Shown: positions 1 through 11,399 of the stretch, piece by piece | Position numbering within the stretch: the stretch's first letter is position 1 | Layout: each line of letters starts with the position of its first letter | Origin: Craspedostauros australis | Lineage: Eukaryota | Assembly: GCA_030167865.1 (NCBI GenBank) | Contig: JALAGF010003158.1 | Coordinates: 1-45,065 of the forward strand | Reading direction: 5' to 3' | DNA length: 45,065 nt | Notes under the pieces: generated by a model | Database searches by the model: none | The model's input: only the letters and a program-made list of their open reading frames with translations | What the model was told of the DNA's origin: nothing | Position numbers and translations under genes: made by a program

Positions 1-259
1 TCATCCAATCATTGTCTTTCAACAGTGTCTATGCACGAAGCGTTCCGGCTTGTTGATAAATAATTCATTTATGGGGTATGTCCTTAGGGTTCTGAATTCC
101 TTATGTGGCCTTGTTTGCAGCGGAAATTGCCTGCGCCAGAAGGTTCCAGTTATACAATGAGAGAAGCCACCACACTGGAGGACCATGTTGGTCTGGCATG
201 CGATCTCGCCACCTACACGTGGAGGCCATATAGTGCTGTTGATGCGAACCCAAAAGAAG

Positions 260-291
260 TGACAAATTTGGCACATGTGCCAAATTTGTCA
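260..291. repeat. Perfect 32-bp palindrome (spacerless inverted repeat)
   Basis: TGACAAATTTGGCACATGTGCCAAATTTGTCA is identical to its own reverse complement. Pairing fails at 259/292. Confidence 0.95.
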
Positions 292-1983
292 GCAAAAAAC
301 TCATTAGGGATATTGTGGACGGTATTTGCGAGAGTGTCGAGAAAGGGAACAAGGCACGCCAACAATCGATCAGCAGCACGGCGATGTTGCGGTTTCTTCT
401 GCCTTCCGCCTTGTTGCATTGTGACTGTGCCATCACCCCAAAAGGCCCAATCTCTCGGTGGCCACAAACACAAACACCCACATGTGGCCTGTTGGGATGG
501 CTCCTCACATCATGATGTTCCTTCACTTTGGTTCGTCCTTTGTCTCCCTCTTGCGTTTTGTCTACCCCTTCGATGCTGCCGATCGCACATAATTGACAAA
601 ATGAGCCGCGGGCCAATTTGTTTCATCGGTCATAGTCGGAACGGAATACGACTTGTCACTGGGCGAGCGAAAACAGCCACGATGGCGTGTACCGAAGGAG
701 GAGAAAACGGCTGCTCCGCATTCATGAAGAACTGGCAGCAGCCATTGACATCAGAGTGTACTGAGCACGGTAGAAAAGATTCGGTGTTGCTCGTAGAAAA
801 TGGGGAAACGCGAATACTGGCGGCGCTGGCGCGGCGAGACTATTGCATCCAAAGCGTTCCGCGTCAAAGCCTTTTCGTCTGAGAGAGCGGCGGCATAACC
901 TTGCGGGAGCTAGATAGCGCCAGCAACGCGCAAGCTGCTATGAGTCATGCAGAGTTCGATCTCACCGGAGCAACCTCGACTGCGTGGCGTCAAGAGCAAG
1001 CGGCAGTACATTCATCCGAGTAGAGTGCATTGGCTCGTGCTCGTGCAAGCCAATGCACTCCACCAACAGGCAGAGACCTTTGTCTCTGTTGTTCGATCTT
1101 GTGCCATGGAGTGACTCCTACTATTCATTTTTGTCTACTCTTGTGCTGTAGCTCATGTTTGCTGCAGCACCAGCTGTTGGGCCATCCATGCTTTCTCTCC
1201 CCCATCGTGTCTGCGGTGCTTGGGATCTTGTGTCTGTGGTTGCGTCTGTGGTCGTGTGTATGGTGTGCATGTCATGTGATGGATTCGTGTGTATCGTATC
1301 GTGTAGTATGGGGCGTCACAATGGTCATCATACGTTCAGGTGATGTTGCTGCTTGCGGTCGAAGCAGGAAGGTACACGAGCGCCCGATCATGTCGTTGTT
1401 GCTGCTGGTGCATCGGCATGTGACTCCTGCTGTCTCGATAGACTCGTAGGTATCCTTTTTTCCGTTCATTCCCGAATGGACTGGGGTATACTATTATAGT
1501 GTAGTATAGTATTGTAGTTCGTCCTGATGACACTCGGCATGCCACGTGTCGAGAGGAAACCATGGAGAAGAGTCCCAATTGCGCGATGCAACAGACCTGC
1601 CGTTACCCACTAGCAACTGATTGTTGGTGCGAATACTGTTGGTGACGCACGTGCTGGTCGTGCCGTTCAATCATATGATACGACAATGAAGGTTGAGTGT
1701 TAGCATCTCAAACGAAAGGGATGCATCCTGTTGATTGATCATGGAGTGCATTGGGCATGAAGTTTCACGCCCCCATCCGACCCGGTTCCATTCCATTGAA
1801 TTCCATTGGACTCCGTTCAGCTCGGTTCGTCTTGGAAAAGGTTGGCTGTTCCGATGAACATGTACGCCCACGTCGACACACTCCTGTTCCCAGCAAGATG
1901 TCATACATCGCGCCAGATCTGGAGCTTCCGGCGCACGATGAATGCGTCCCGAATGTGCCCCGCACTGAGACGGAGATGAGACC

Positions 1984-3164
1984 CTACCGTTTGGGCATGA
2001 GATTCTTGAAAGAGTCTGGGAAGCATGACATCCACCATTTGCCGTACCAGATCTCCTCCTCTTCTTCCGTCATCCCCTTGGGAGGTTGCGGCGGGGGCGT
2101 GGGCGGTTTGTTGGAGAGCATGGCAGGATCGAAGTGAAGATGCGAGTGGCCATGCTGCGACGAGGGTGGCGATCGCGTGGGGGTCGACGCCCCTCTTCCC
2201 TGCTGCGAGTCGCTGCTGTAATTGGATGAATCATCGAAGGCCCTGTTGGATGAGTTATTCGCACGTGGTGTGAGCGTGGGCCCGCCCACAGCAGCGGCCT
2301 GCTTTTGCTGCTTCTGCAGCTGCCTCTTTTTCTTCTTGTCACGTTTTCTCTTTTCGTAGGAATCCACCGGGGCTGCTGGTGCGAAGAGGATGTCGGTATC
2401 GTCCCCCGCCCCTATGGGGTTTTGATCATGCTTGATTCCACCGCTGCCACCATCAAATGCATACGAGTCGGTGGGCTGCCTGCTGGACAGGCCAGGAGGC
2501 AAGGAAGTTGAAGGAGTTGGATCGTCCATGCGAGGCATAGGAGGATATGTAGGAAATGTGGCCGATCCAATGAGATGGATGAAAGCGTGGATGAAAGGCA
2601 GGAGTCGAATGACGGTGAGAGAGGCGAGATTGTCAAGCGCAACAAGACCAGACAAGACCAGACGGGTTGGATCGCCATCATGGAAGAGCGTGGGAGCGCG
2701 ATGCAGGCGTGAACTTACCCTGCTATCGTTTGCAGGAGCTGACTCCCCTCCAGATGAGACTCGCCGTCCGTGGAGTAGTTGAGCGAGGAAGCGACGGAGG
2801 CTGAAGACTTGCGCGCATGCTTCGCTGAGTTGTACTGCGACCTGAGTTCAGTGGCCGATGAAACGCCCTCCTTCTTCATGAAGGCGGCGAGCTCCTTGGA
2901 GTCCTGCAGATCCAGGACCCTCATGACATCGGCGAAGGACGAGTCGGTGGACTCCCCGGTGGCAGAACCGCCGGAATGGACGGATGAGGTGGCGCTGTAG
3001 GTGAGGCTGCCGGAGTCGTCGGTTGGATCGACGGAGTCTCCATCATTTCCGCTGCCGCCGCCGCTGCTGCTGTTGTGGTTCGATCCTCGCTTGTGCTTGT
3101 TCCTCTTGGCGGGTGCGCTGCTGGAAGCGAATGTGTAGGATGGACCTGACGTGTTGGTCGTCAT
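1984..3164 (-). CDS. Two-exon Ser-rich hypothetical protein (~313 aa)
   Basis: Exon 1 is 3164-2719 (MTTNTSGPSYTF...LQTIAG), followed by a GTAAGT donor at 2718. An AG acceptor at 2481-2480 rejoins in phase to ORF 1984..2655 (G-QPTDSYAF...), ending EEEEEIWYGKWWMSCFPDSFKNLMPKR. A basic KRKRDKKKKR stretch may be an NLS. Confidence 0.75.
2480..2718 (-). other. Spliceosomal intron (239 bp, phase 2)
   Basis: GTAAGT donor, pyrimidine-rich 3' end ...CTGTCCAGCAG; splicing restores the frame. Confidence 0.7.
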
Positions 3165-5276
3165 TGTGAGGCTCCTTGTTGCGGATCTTGCTGCTGACCT
3201 TGCTGCAATGGGGACTGGGTTGCTGTGTGCAACTGACTGCAGCTGACCGCAACTGGTTTCTTTTCAACGTGCGGAACTGTGTGCCAACGTGTGCTCCTTT
3301 GCCGTTGCGTTAATCGCCGCGCAATGGAGGCAACTCAAGTCAATCCAACGCAAGTCAAGTCAACCCAACGCAAGTCGATGCAACGCAAACCAATGAGCGA
3401 AAGTCAGTCCTTCGTCTGGATTGCTCCGTTGCTTGTTGCCTGCTGGATTCGTCGGCGCTCTGGGTCTCAAGGGAATCCTTGGGAGCGATGCGATGCGTTG
3501 CGTGAAGTTGCTGTCCTTTGGTCTCGTTCTTGGTGTTGCGGCGATTGCCGTTGACTTCGCTGATTGGCGCCAAAGATCGCGCTTCGACGGAGAGAAACGT
3601 TGGGACAAATGCGGCGCTCGGAATGTGTGTTCTGGATTGGTCTTTGCTGCTGCTGCTGCTGCTACTACCACTGCTACTACTGTTACTGGTCGCTGACGGC
3701 AATGGAGATGGTGGAATGGTTGTGTTGTGTTGCGTTGCGTTGTCAACAATGATCCTCTTTCTCGATGCTCTGCTTTGTTGCGTTTCGCGTTCCTGTGATG
3801 CTGGTGGTGGCAGGGGAGTCTGCGGTTTTTCTGTTGGTCTCGTTGCGCATTTGTGAACAGGCGCACCTGTTTTGAATCCTCCCTCCTCTCCCCTTCGTCT
3901 CTCCCTCGTGCTCTGTGTGCTGTTGCGCGGTGCTCTACACCGTCCCTGCCGCTTTGGTGTCGTGGTTGGTCGTCCCAACACGAAGCCGGCCTCATGACGT
4001 CCACCAACAATTTTTGTTCGGCTTCCCTGCCCTGCTCGCTTTCTCCACCCAAACACCACAAAACACACACACACACACGTTAACATCAGCGCACCACCGC
4101 ATTCCCACCGCAGTCCGCAAAATGCGCACAACCACATGGATGATAGTTCAGAGGCAACCACTTTTGTTATCACCGCGACAATTTCGTGAGGAGAGAGCCT
4201 GCCAGCGCACGCAATTTCAATGGTGCCAACCGATCGCAACGTTCGCCAGAAACCTCGATCCACACACAATTCCTCTTTCTCTCTACCACGCTCCTCGTTC
4301 ATTGTTCTCGACAAATGAGAACGATCCATTCCCGTGAGTTAACGCATCCACCAAGAGGAAATCAGCCTCTGTTAACTCGAAGAAACTGAAAAATAACGTC
4401 CGTACGGTGAGTCTCACATTCGGAGTTGACACACGCCCCCGCACGACTGGCTTTCGGCATCATTGGATGTCGAAGAGGAACTGCCGCCACCACAACACAA
4501 ACAGAGAGAGAGAGAGAAAGGAATTTCAATGTCCAATCGGTCAACAAATGCGATTGCCGAAATCGTGTTCGGCTTGTCGTTCCATTCCACACGCGTGTAT
4601 TTTTGCGTGTGTGTGGGCAGAATGGCGTCCATTCCTTTCTCCTTGTTTTGTGTGTATCCCACATACTACCGTACCATCGTACGTGTCCTCCGTTCTTTCC
4701 ATCTTCATCGGCCTCATCATTGTCGTCCGCCTCTTCATCCTCCTCCCTCGTATCGTTCATCATCTTCGTCATCGCCACGTTCGCTCACAAGGCGGAGTCA
4801 TAGCTCTCGAAGTGGATTCGAGCGTAGTAACTTGAAGAACAATGAGCGGGACGATCATTCGTTTCCCCTTCAGCATCCGTTCATCACCAATGATGCGATT
4901 CAGTTCTGCTTCACACACGTGCATGTTGCTTGCAGAAGAACTTTCCTGGATTCCGACGTGGCCTTCACAAAATCAACGGAACTTTCCTCTGCCTTCACTT
5001 CGATGATCGTTCGGCAGCATGTCGTCACAACGTGGCAATACGACTTTCCACACCCTCCAATTCGTGCCTCCGTGTTTCTACGCTCGTGCGTGGACTTTAT
5101 GATGCTCTTAGTCTCGAATCATGGAGTACATACTTGTATAGTAGAGCAGAGCAGAGTAGTATTCAGTGCTGGAGGGCAGGGCAAGTCAGAATATGGTTTG
5201 CAAAGCATCGCCACCAGCATCATTCCGCTGTAGCGTTTGTGAAATTCGTCCTCATGCACTCTTCGTACCTACACAC

Positions 5277-5310
5277 CATATCATATCATATCATATCATA
5301 TCATATCATA
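5277..5310. repeat. (CATAT)n pentanucleotide microsatellite
   Basis: About 7 tandem CATAT/ATCAT units seen directly. Confidence 0.9.
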
Positions 5311-5819
5311 GCATGGTCGTACAAGTGTACGGCGACAACAGCTACTATGTCATGCTTGTTGAATTCAAATCTCTCATTAACTTCTCAAGAGTGTGGATGG
5401 TTGAGGCCGAGCGCGCCAAAACTCCATCAAGAACACTCTGTGCCCGATGGTTCATGCCGACGACATGCCAATCGCCCCCCTCTGTCTCTCTTGAGAGAAG
5501 CATCTTATCGTCATCTGCACAACAGCATAGGTAACGCTATTATTCATCACTGCTTCATCATCAGAAGTTCAGCACCAACATCCAAAATCAAACGGGATAT
5601 ATAATACCATCCTAGACATAGTCGTACGAGAACTACTGCTTTGTTTGCATGTACTATTCGGAAGCGTTTATCAGCAGATCCGGACCATGAGAGGAATACC
5701 AAAGCGTTGGCATTGCCCCACAAACAGCGCGCGTGGCACCAACCTGTACCGCCATTCATTCATTCATTCATTCATTCTTGTATCCGTATCCATGGATTAC
5801 GTGGCGGGTCTGCTCGGTT

Positions 5820-8800
5820 CTACACCACATCCACATTGCACTGCTTTGCGAATTCCAGATCCCTGTCTGTGGGCTCCAAACCGGCTTGCTTCATTTCCTC
5901 CAGCACCTCCTGCGCACGCTGTTCGAGGCTTGGGACCAGCGATCGAGTGCTCGCGCTGGGCTCCACCGGTATCTCAACACCCTCCTTGGTCAGGCTGCTA
6001 TTCGCCAAGCACTTGAGCCACGTCCCGTACGTCCATTTGTCCGGTTTCAGACCAACCTCTTTCATCTCCTCCCGAATAAGGTACTCAGCACGCACGATGG
6101 CTTCCGCCCCGCCCTGATTGGCCCATGCATTGAGAACGGTGTTGTACGACACCAGACCGGGCGCCACACCACGCCTTCGCCCCTTGCGCTTGTCCATGTA
6201 CTGCAGCAACGCCTGCGCCTTCTCCCCTGATCCAATCGAGGCAAGGCACGCCAACACGAGATTGTACGTCACGATGGTGGGCTGGCACCGATTGAGCATC
6301 CTCGCATCTTGCGAATCGTCGGGAAGGCGCAAGCAACCCGTTTCGACGCGCTCCTCGAGACGGAGCAATAGCTCCTGCGCCTTCTCGGCCTCCTTGCGCC
6401 GTCGGCACGCCTGCAGCAGCAAGTTGAAGCAGGCAATGTCGGGCCACACTTTCACCTTGGGCGTGTGCGGTGTGCTAGCCTCCATGCGAGTGTCTTTGGC
6501 GTGCTGTTCCACCATTTCCTCGTACAGCGTTTCGGCGCGATCGAGGTGACCACGTGCAGCGCGTGTTTCCAAAACGATCCGGTATGTGTCGTACGTCGGA
6601 TGGAATTTGGGGTCCGCAGAACTCTTCAACTGACGTAGGATGCGTTCCGATTGGGAAGGTGCCGAGTTGTGCTTGGACTTGCCGAGAGCCCGCAAGTAGG
6701 CGTGGTGACAGATCAAGTCGGGTGCGACTTTGGCATCCAACCGGTCCTCTTCCACCGCCTTCTTCATCAGCTTCAGGAACTTCTCGGCTTGCCGAGCTGC
6801 TTCGGTTGACGTCGATGCTGCGTGGGCATCCAGCACGGAACGAACCGTGTGGATAGTCGGCTCGAATTTGGAATCGTCGCCGCTTTCGAAGTGACGTTGG
6901 CACATATCCTGGAACAGCCGCGTCGCTCTTTTGTCATCGCCGTTCGCTGCGCAGGCCCGCAAGACAGAGTAGTACATCTCCGTGTCGGCGAAGTCGTATG
7001 CGGCCAGCGCGTCCTGTAGAACGCTCTCGGCTCGTCTGGCCGCATTCTTCGCCTTTGACTTGGACCACGCACGCAGAACCAAACGATAACTGTCTTGGTC
7101 CGGATGGGAAGGCAAAATACCCTGCTGTGCCATGTCGTTCCATTGGTACAGGATTGATTCCGCTCGTTCCGGGGCCTGGATGTGTTTGGACTTGGACCAT
7201 CCCGATAGCACCGTGCGGAAGGTTGACGCGTCGGGACGTGGCACATGAAGATTCTTGGATGCGTCACCACCAACGCAACCTTCAATCATTTCCTGTAGCA
7301 AGTCTTCTGCCCGGGAAAATGACTTTGCCCGGACGTGCGTATTGATAGCGGTGTTGTAGGACAGCAAATCAGCATGTTCGCCCAAGCTCCGCATCAGACC
7401 TTCAGCTCGATTGCCCCTGTGCGGGTGATCAGACTGTGCCCAGCAATTGAGGATGATGTTGTACATGACGACGTCGGGAATCTGCTGCAGCCCCTCTTGG
7501 TCGCCCAACAAGCCAGATTCCAGTTGGTGCTTGAGGAAGGCTTCCGCTGCCTCGGGATCGGTTGGGTGGGACTTGGAATACGCTTGCAGCACGGTGGTGA
7601 TGGCAATGCTATTCGGTTGCAACTCGATGCTGTTGCCGCTTGCTGTGTATTCGTCGTACAGTTCGTTGAACAGCCGCAGCGTGGCATCGATGTTCCCGCT
7701 GTTGGCCCACGCCATCATCGCGCTAGTGTACATTTCGGACGGAGGTGGTATTACATCGCCATTATCATCATCGTCATCAGCCGCAGCAGCAGCAGCATTT
7801 CCGGCGCTTAGTTCATTCGGCTCTGGATGCTTCTCCAACCACCGTCGCAAAATAGTTTCGACGGTCTGAGCCGATCCGCGGCTTTCGTCATTTGAGATCG
7901 CTAAGGACAATCCACGCAACGCCAACTGATAGCTGCGTGCATTCGCCAAGTCTCGGATTTCCATCCAACTCAGAATCCGCTGCAATCGACCTGGGTGTTT
8001 GCGGAATGCGTGCAGCAGTGCATTCGGTTCCTGCGCACTGGTATTTGCTGTGGCATTGCAGAAGTACTTGTTCAGCGCAGAGTCGGTCAGCAGATCATCG
8101 CCTTCGAACGATGTACCTTCGCAGACCTCTACGATGGCGACGATCCATTGTATCAACGACTGTGTATCGAGCTGGGTGGAATCCAGAATTTGCAAAAGAC
8201 CTTGTACATCTTGTGTGCTTTTCCCACATTCCAGCAATAATGAGTAGGTTGTTGCATCCGGTGCAACTCCATAATCATTCCTCATCTCTTCGACGAGCTG
8301 TATGGATCGGCTGAGATCGACGCTGCTCTTCGCTAACGCTCTCAGCCAATGGTGAAAGAACGAGGTGTCCAACGCAAGCCGCGACTTCGTAGGGTCCTGA
8401 GAGGCATCCGCGTTGTTGTCCGATCCCAGCAACCGCTGAGACAGAACACGTTCCTCGCGTTGCTTGTGATCGGCCAGGCATTTGCGGCCCACCCATTCGG
8501 CCCATTCAGCATTGTCGGAGATGGCACGCATGATCGTGTTGTAGGTCACCATGTCGGGCCTGATGAAATCCAGCTCCTCGATCTTTTCGAATGTGCTCAT
8601 GACTGCCTGCGCGTTTCCGAGTTTGGCCCATCCACCGAGGATGGAATTGTACGTGACGACGTCGGGTTCGCAGTCAAAGGTGCCGTAAAAGGCAGTCTCC
8701 GAAACGGAAGGCTGTTTGCCCCGTGCTGTTGCTGATGGTGAAGATGAAGATGAGGGATCGTCGTGTGGTTCATGGAGAACGGTTTGACGAACGATCTTTC

Positions 8801-10460
8801 GAAAGGTCCACATATCCTGAATGAGTTGTTCTGCTTGTTCGACGTTGCCTTGCTTGGCCAGTGCCCCAATGACGTGATTCCATGTGACTGTATTGGGATA
8901 GTTATCGTGGAAGGAACCAAGAGAGGTGCTCTGCTTGTCCATTTCTGATGGTGATGACGACGACGCTGCTACTGCTCCTGCTTCACCTGGGTCATTGCCA
9001 TGGCCGTTGTCATCGCCGTTGGGTTTGTTGTGGGACAATGACTCCACGTACCGCGCGGCATGCTGCAGCAGATGATAATGGGCCTGCTGTGGATCTTTGG
9101 TCGACCATGCTTGTATGAGGCCATTGCGGGGCGTGATGGGTTGGGACGAACGATCGAACATCCGTCGATCCCAATTTGATGCGCTGGTAGATGATGAGCC
9201 CAGTACCGAATCCCATTGATCAGTCAGTTGCTCACAATGCTCCACTGCCTTGGGGTGCTCTGATTTGATCCACGCCTTGATCAGCGTTTGGAATGTCGTG
9301 GGATTTGGTTTGAGAAGTGGGTGCACATCCGCTTCTGCGACAAGCCAATCGACTACCGAATGCAGGAATCGAAATCCATTCTCCTTGTTGTCGTCGATGC
9401 CATGCGCACTTTGGGTTGCGACGGCGCTATTTGCATGATCGTCGGGTGACGGCACATCCTGAGCCGAATGATGCGCGTATGTGGCATAGTACACTGCCGC
9501 ACCGTCCAGCACGATGTTGTAGGTGTTGATCGTGGGCTGGAAATGGATGGATTGGGTGCGAAAGACATCCAGCTTGGCAATGAAATCACCTGGCGTCATG
9601 AGGCTCGAACGATGATTCTGATGATGATCATCATCATGCTCATCATGATGATTGCGAACGGTGATGCTGCCGTTATTGTCGTTGTGGTTGTGATTGTGAT
9701 TGCTGCTGGTGGCGGCGGCATCTGCGACTGAGGCCTGGGTACCTTGCCGAACCATTCCGGTCCTCCATATTCTACAAACCTCGTCCAGATAGTTTTCGAG
9801 ACTGTGATTTGCGGTCTGCTCATGCCGCATCATCACATCCAAGATTGAGATCGCATTGCCGAATGATGTCGAATTCCGTCGTTGGTTTATCCAGTATTGC
9901 ATCAGCTGGTCTGCCTCGACCCAATCACTATCACCCATCTGCCTGGCAGTCGGTGTCTCATTGCTGTTGGAACCACCATGCATTCGAAGGAACTCCTGCG
10001 TCCGTTCGATCTCCATCTGCATATCGTTCGGCGCAAATGAATTTGGCGAAGCTGATGCCGATTGATCGGAGGAAGAAGAAGAGCATGAGCGCGTAGCGAC
10101 TCCAGCGCAACCAATGCTTTCACGCGTAGCATGCTGCTCTCTCAGTAGATGCATGCGGGGCACATAGGAACGAGATTGTCGCGGATTGCTCATCATGGTC
10201 ATCTGTGCGACGTGCCCACTGCGCGAATGGAATTGTCGGTGGCCGTTGCTGCAACCATGGCGTGCGCCTCGCCCAAGGTTGGCGAGACGTCGCGGATTTC
10301 TGATCTGGCATGATCCTCTCCGATGAAAGGTCCCATGCGCACCATGTCCAGGTGCTGTTTGCGGCGCTTCATTTTGTGCGTCGATCGGCCGCCCAAACCC
10401 GCGCCGCTGTGTGTGTCTGATGCCACTAGACGAACGCAGCCGTCGCCAACTCTGACTCAT
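5820..10460 (-). CDS. Large pentatricopeptide repeat (PPR) protein, ~1546 aa, probably organelle-targeted
   Basis: Single long ORF with many PPR-type motifs: PNTVTWNHVIGALAKQG, PDVVTYNSILGGWAKLG, PDVVMYNIILNCWAQS, PDASTFRTVLSGWSKS, PTIVTYNLVLACLAS, PGLVSYNTVLNAWANQG. The first ATG at 10460 gives an Arg/Ser-rich N-terminus (MSQSWRRLRSSSGIR). The true start is uncertain. Confidence 0.92.
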   Translation of the reverse strand: MSQSWRRLRSSSGIRHTQRRGFGRPIDAQNEAPQTAPGHGAHGTFHRRGSCQIRNPRRLANLGRGARHGCSNGHRQFHSRSGHVAQMTMMSNPRQSRSYVPRMHLLREQHATRESIGCAGVATRSCSSSSSDQSASASPNSFAPNDMQMEIERTQEFLRMHGGSNSNETPTARQMGDSDWVEADQLMQYWINQRRNSTSFGNAISILDVMMRHEQTANHSLENYLDEVCRIWRTGMVRQGTQASVADAAATSSNHNHNHNDNNGSITVRNHHDEHDDDHHQNHRSSLMTPGDFIAKLDVFRTQSIHFQPTINTYNIVLDGAAVYYATYAHHSAQDVPSPDDHANSAVATQSAHGIDDNKENGFRFLHSVVDWLVAEADVHPLLKPNPTTFQTLIKAWIKSEHPKAVEHCEQLTDQWDSVLGSSSTSASNWDRRMFDRSSQPITPRNGLIQAWSTKDPQQAHYHLLQHAARYVESLSHNKPNGDDNGHGNDPGEAGAVAASSSSPSEMDKQSTSLGSFHDNYPNTVTWNHVIGALAKQGNVEQAEQLIQDMWTFRKIVRQTVLHEPHDDPSSSSSPSATARGKQPSVSETAFYGTFDCEPDVVTYNSILGGWAKLGNAQAVMSTFEKIEELDFIRPDMVTYNTIMRAISDNAEWAEWVGRKCLADHKQREERVLSQRLLGSDNNADASQDPTKSRLALDTSFFHHWLRALAKSSVDLSRSIQLVEEMRNDYGVAPDATTYSLLLECGKSTQDVQGLLQILDSTQLDTQSLIQWIVAIVEVCEGTSFEGDDLLTDSALNKYFCNATANTSAQEPNALLHAFRKHPGRLQRILSWMEIRDLANARSYQLALRGLSLAISNDESRGSAQTVETILRRWLEKHPEPNELSAGNAAAAAADDDDDNGDVIPPPSEMYTSAMMAWANSGNIDATLRLFNELYDEYTASGNSIELQPNSIAITTVLQAYSKSHPTDPEAAEAFLKHQLESGLLGDQEGLQQIPDVVMYNIILNCWAQSDHPHRGNRAEGLMRSLGEHADLLSYNTAINTHVRAKSFSRAEDLLQEMIEGCVGGDASKNLHVPRPDASTFRTVLSGWSKSKHIQAPERAESILYQWNDMAQQGILPSHPDQDSYRLVLRAWSKSKAKNAARRAESVLQDALAAYDFADTEMYYSVLRACAANGDDKRATRLFQDMCQRHFESGDDSKFEPTIHTVRSVLDAHAASTSTEAARQAEKFLKLMKKAVEEDRLDAKVAPDLICHHAYLRALGKSKHNSAPSQSERILRQLKSSADPKFHPTYDTYRIVLETRAARGHLDRAETLYEEMVEQHAKDTRMEASTPHTPKVKVWPDIACFNLLLQACRRRKEAEKAQELLLRLEERVETGCLRLPDDSQDARMLNRCQPTIVTYNLVLACLASIGSGEKAQALLQYMDKRKGRRRGVAPGLVSYNTVLNAWANQGGAEAIVRAEYLIREEMKEVGLKPDKWTYGTWLKCLANSSLTKEGVEIPVEPSASTRSLVPSLEQRAQEVLEEMKQAGLEPTDRDLEFAKQCNVDVV

Positions 10461-11399
10461 ACTAATCAACCTTCTCGCCTCCAAACGTTGGAAGGATACG
10501 AGTTGCTTCCTACCGGAGGATATGTTAGTCAATATCCCTTCAGTGGTTTGCACGGGAAGCGCCGATCGTTCGGTGTTCAGTGCTCAATACCCAATCAACA
10601 ACCAAACTTGACGATGGGACACCGCACAAATGATGAAGCGCGTGATTCTGGTCCTTGACATCTTCTCGGAGCTACGGCAATTTGAAATAAATGTGTTATA
10701 TTTCGAATCCGACCGTTCTGGATCCCAATCTGATGATGGTTGACGGGTGGGCGGTTTGACTGAAACGTGTCCTGTTGAGACTGTTTAGCAACATCCAGTC
10801 ATGTATTCACCGCATATCCCATCACTACGATCTCAACCAATGCGTGTCAAAAAGAAAACCCAACCCAACACAAACAAGCAGCACAAAAGGAACCAGCGCC
10901 ACACACAATAATTCCAGATCGAGCGAGCACCACAGCCTGCACCCGATCGTTCGACACGCTCACACGTCTCCATGTTCACACGTCTACATCATGAACATGA
11001 TGAAGCAGCATCGATCGCTTCATGGGCGTGATGTCCGGAAACTGATGATCCTATTCTATTGTGCTTGACAAGTTTGGAGTTTGGATTCTTTTGTGTCCAC
11101 TCAGATTCCAGCACCACCGACCAATGATACAGAGACACAGGCCGACCGTAGCCACGCTCATGCGATTGACATGCTTCAGATGCGATTGCCATCGATGGGA
11201 TTTCGCCGGTGGAGGATTCCCAAACAGCAACAACCAACAACCAACAACCAATAAAGGAGATGCCCCTCGATCACATTGCAACGGGACTCGGAGTACAATC
11301 GATCCGGAGCCTCCAACTGCGTCCCAGAAACCCGATGGCCAACCCACGAGACGCAGGGGGAATCAAAGATTCGTGCAGCCAGCTTCCACCAGAGAGCAC

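Noticed and set aside
3279..5760. Several overlapping ORFs of 100-324 aa
   Set aside because: Microsatellite-rich intergenic/UTR-type sequence; the translations are low-complexity with no recognisable motif.
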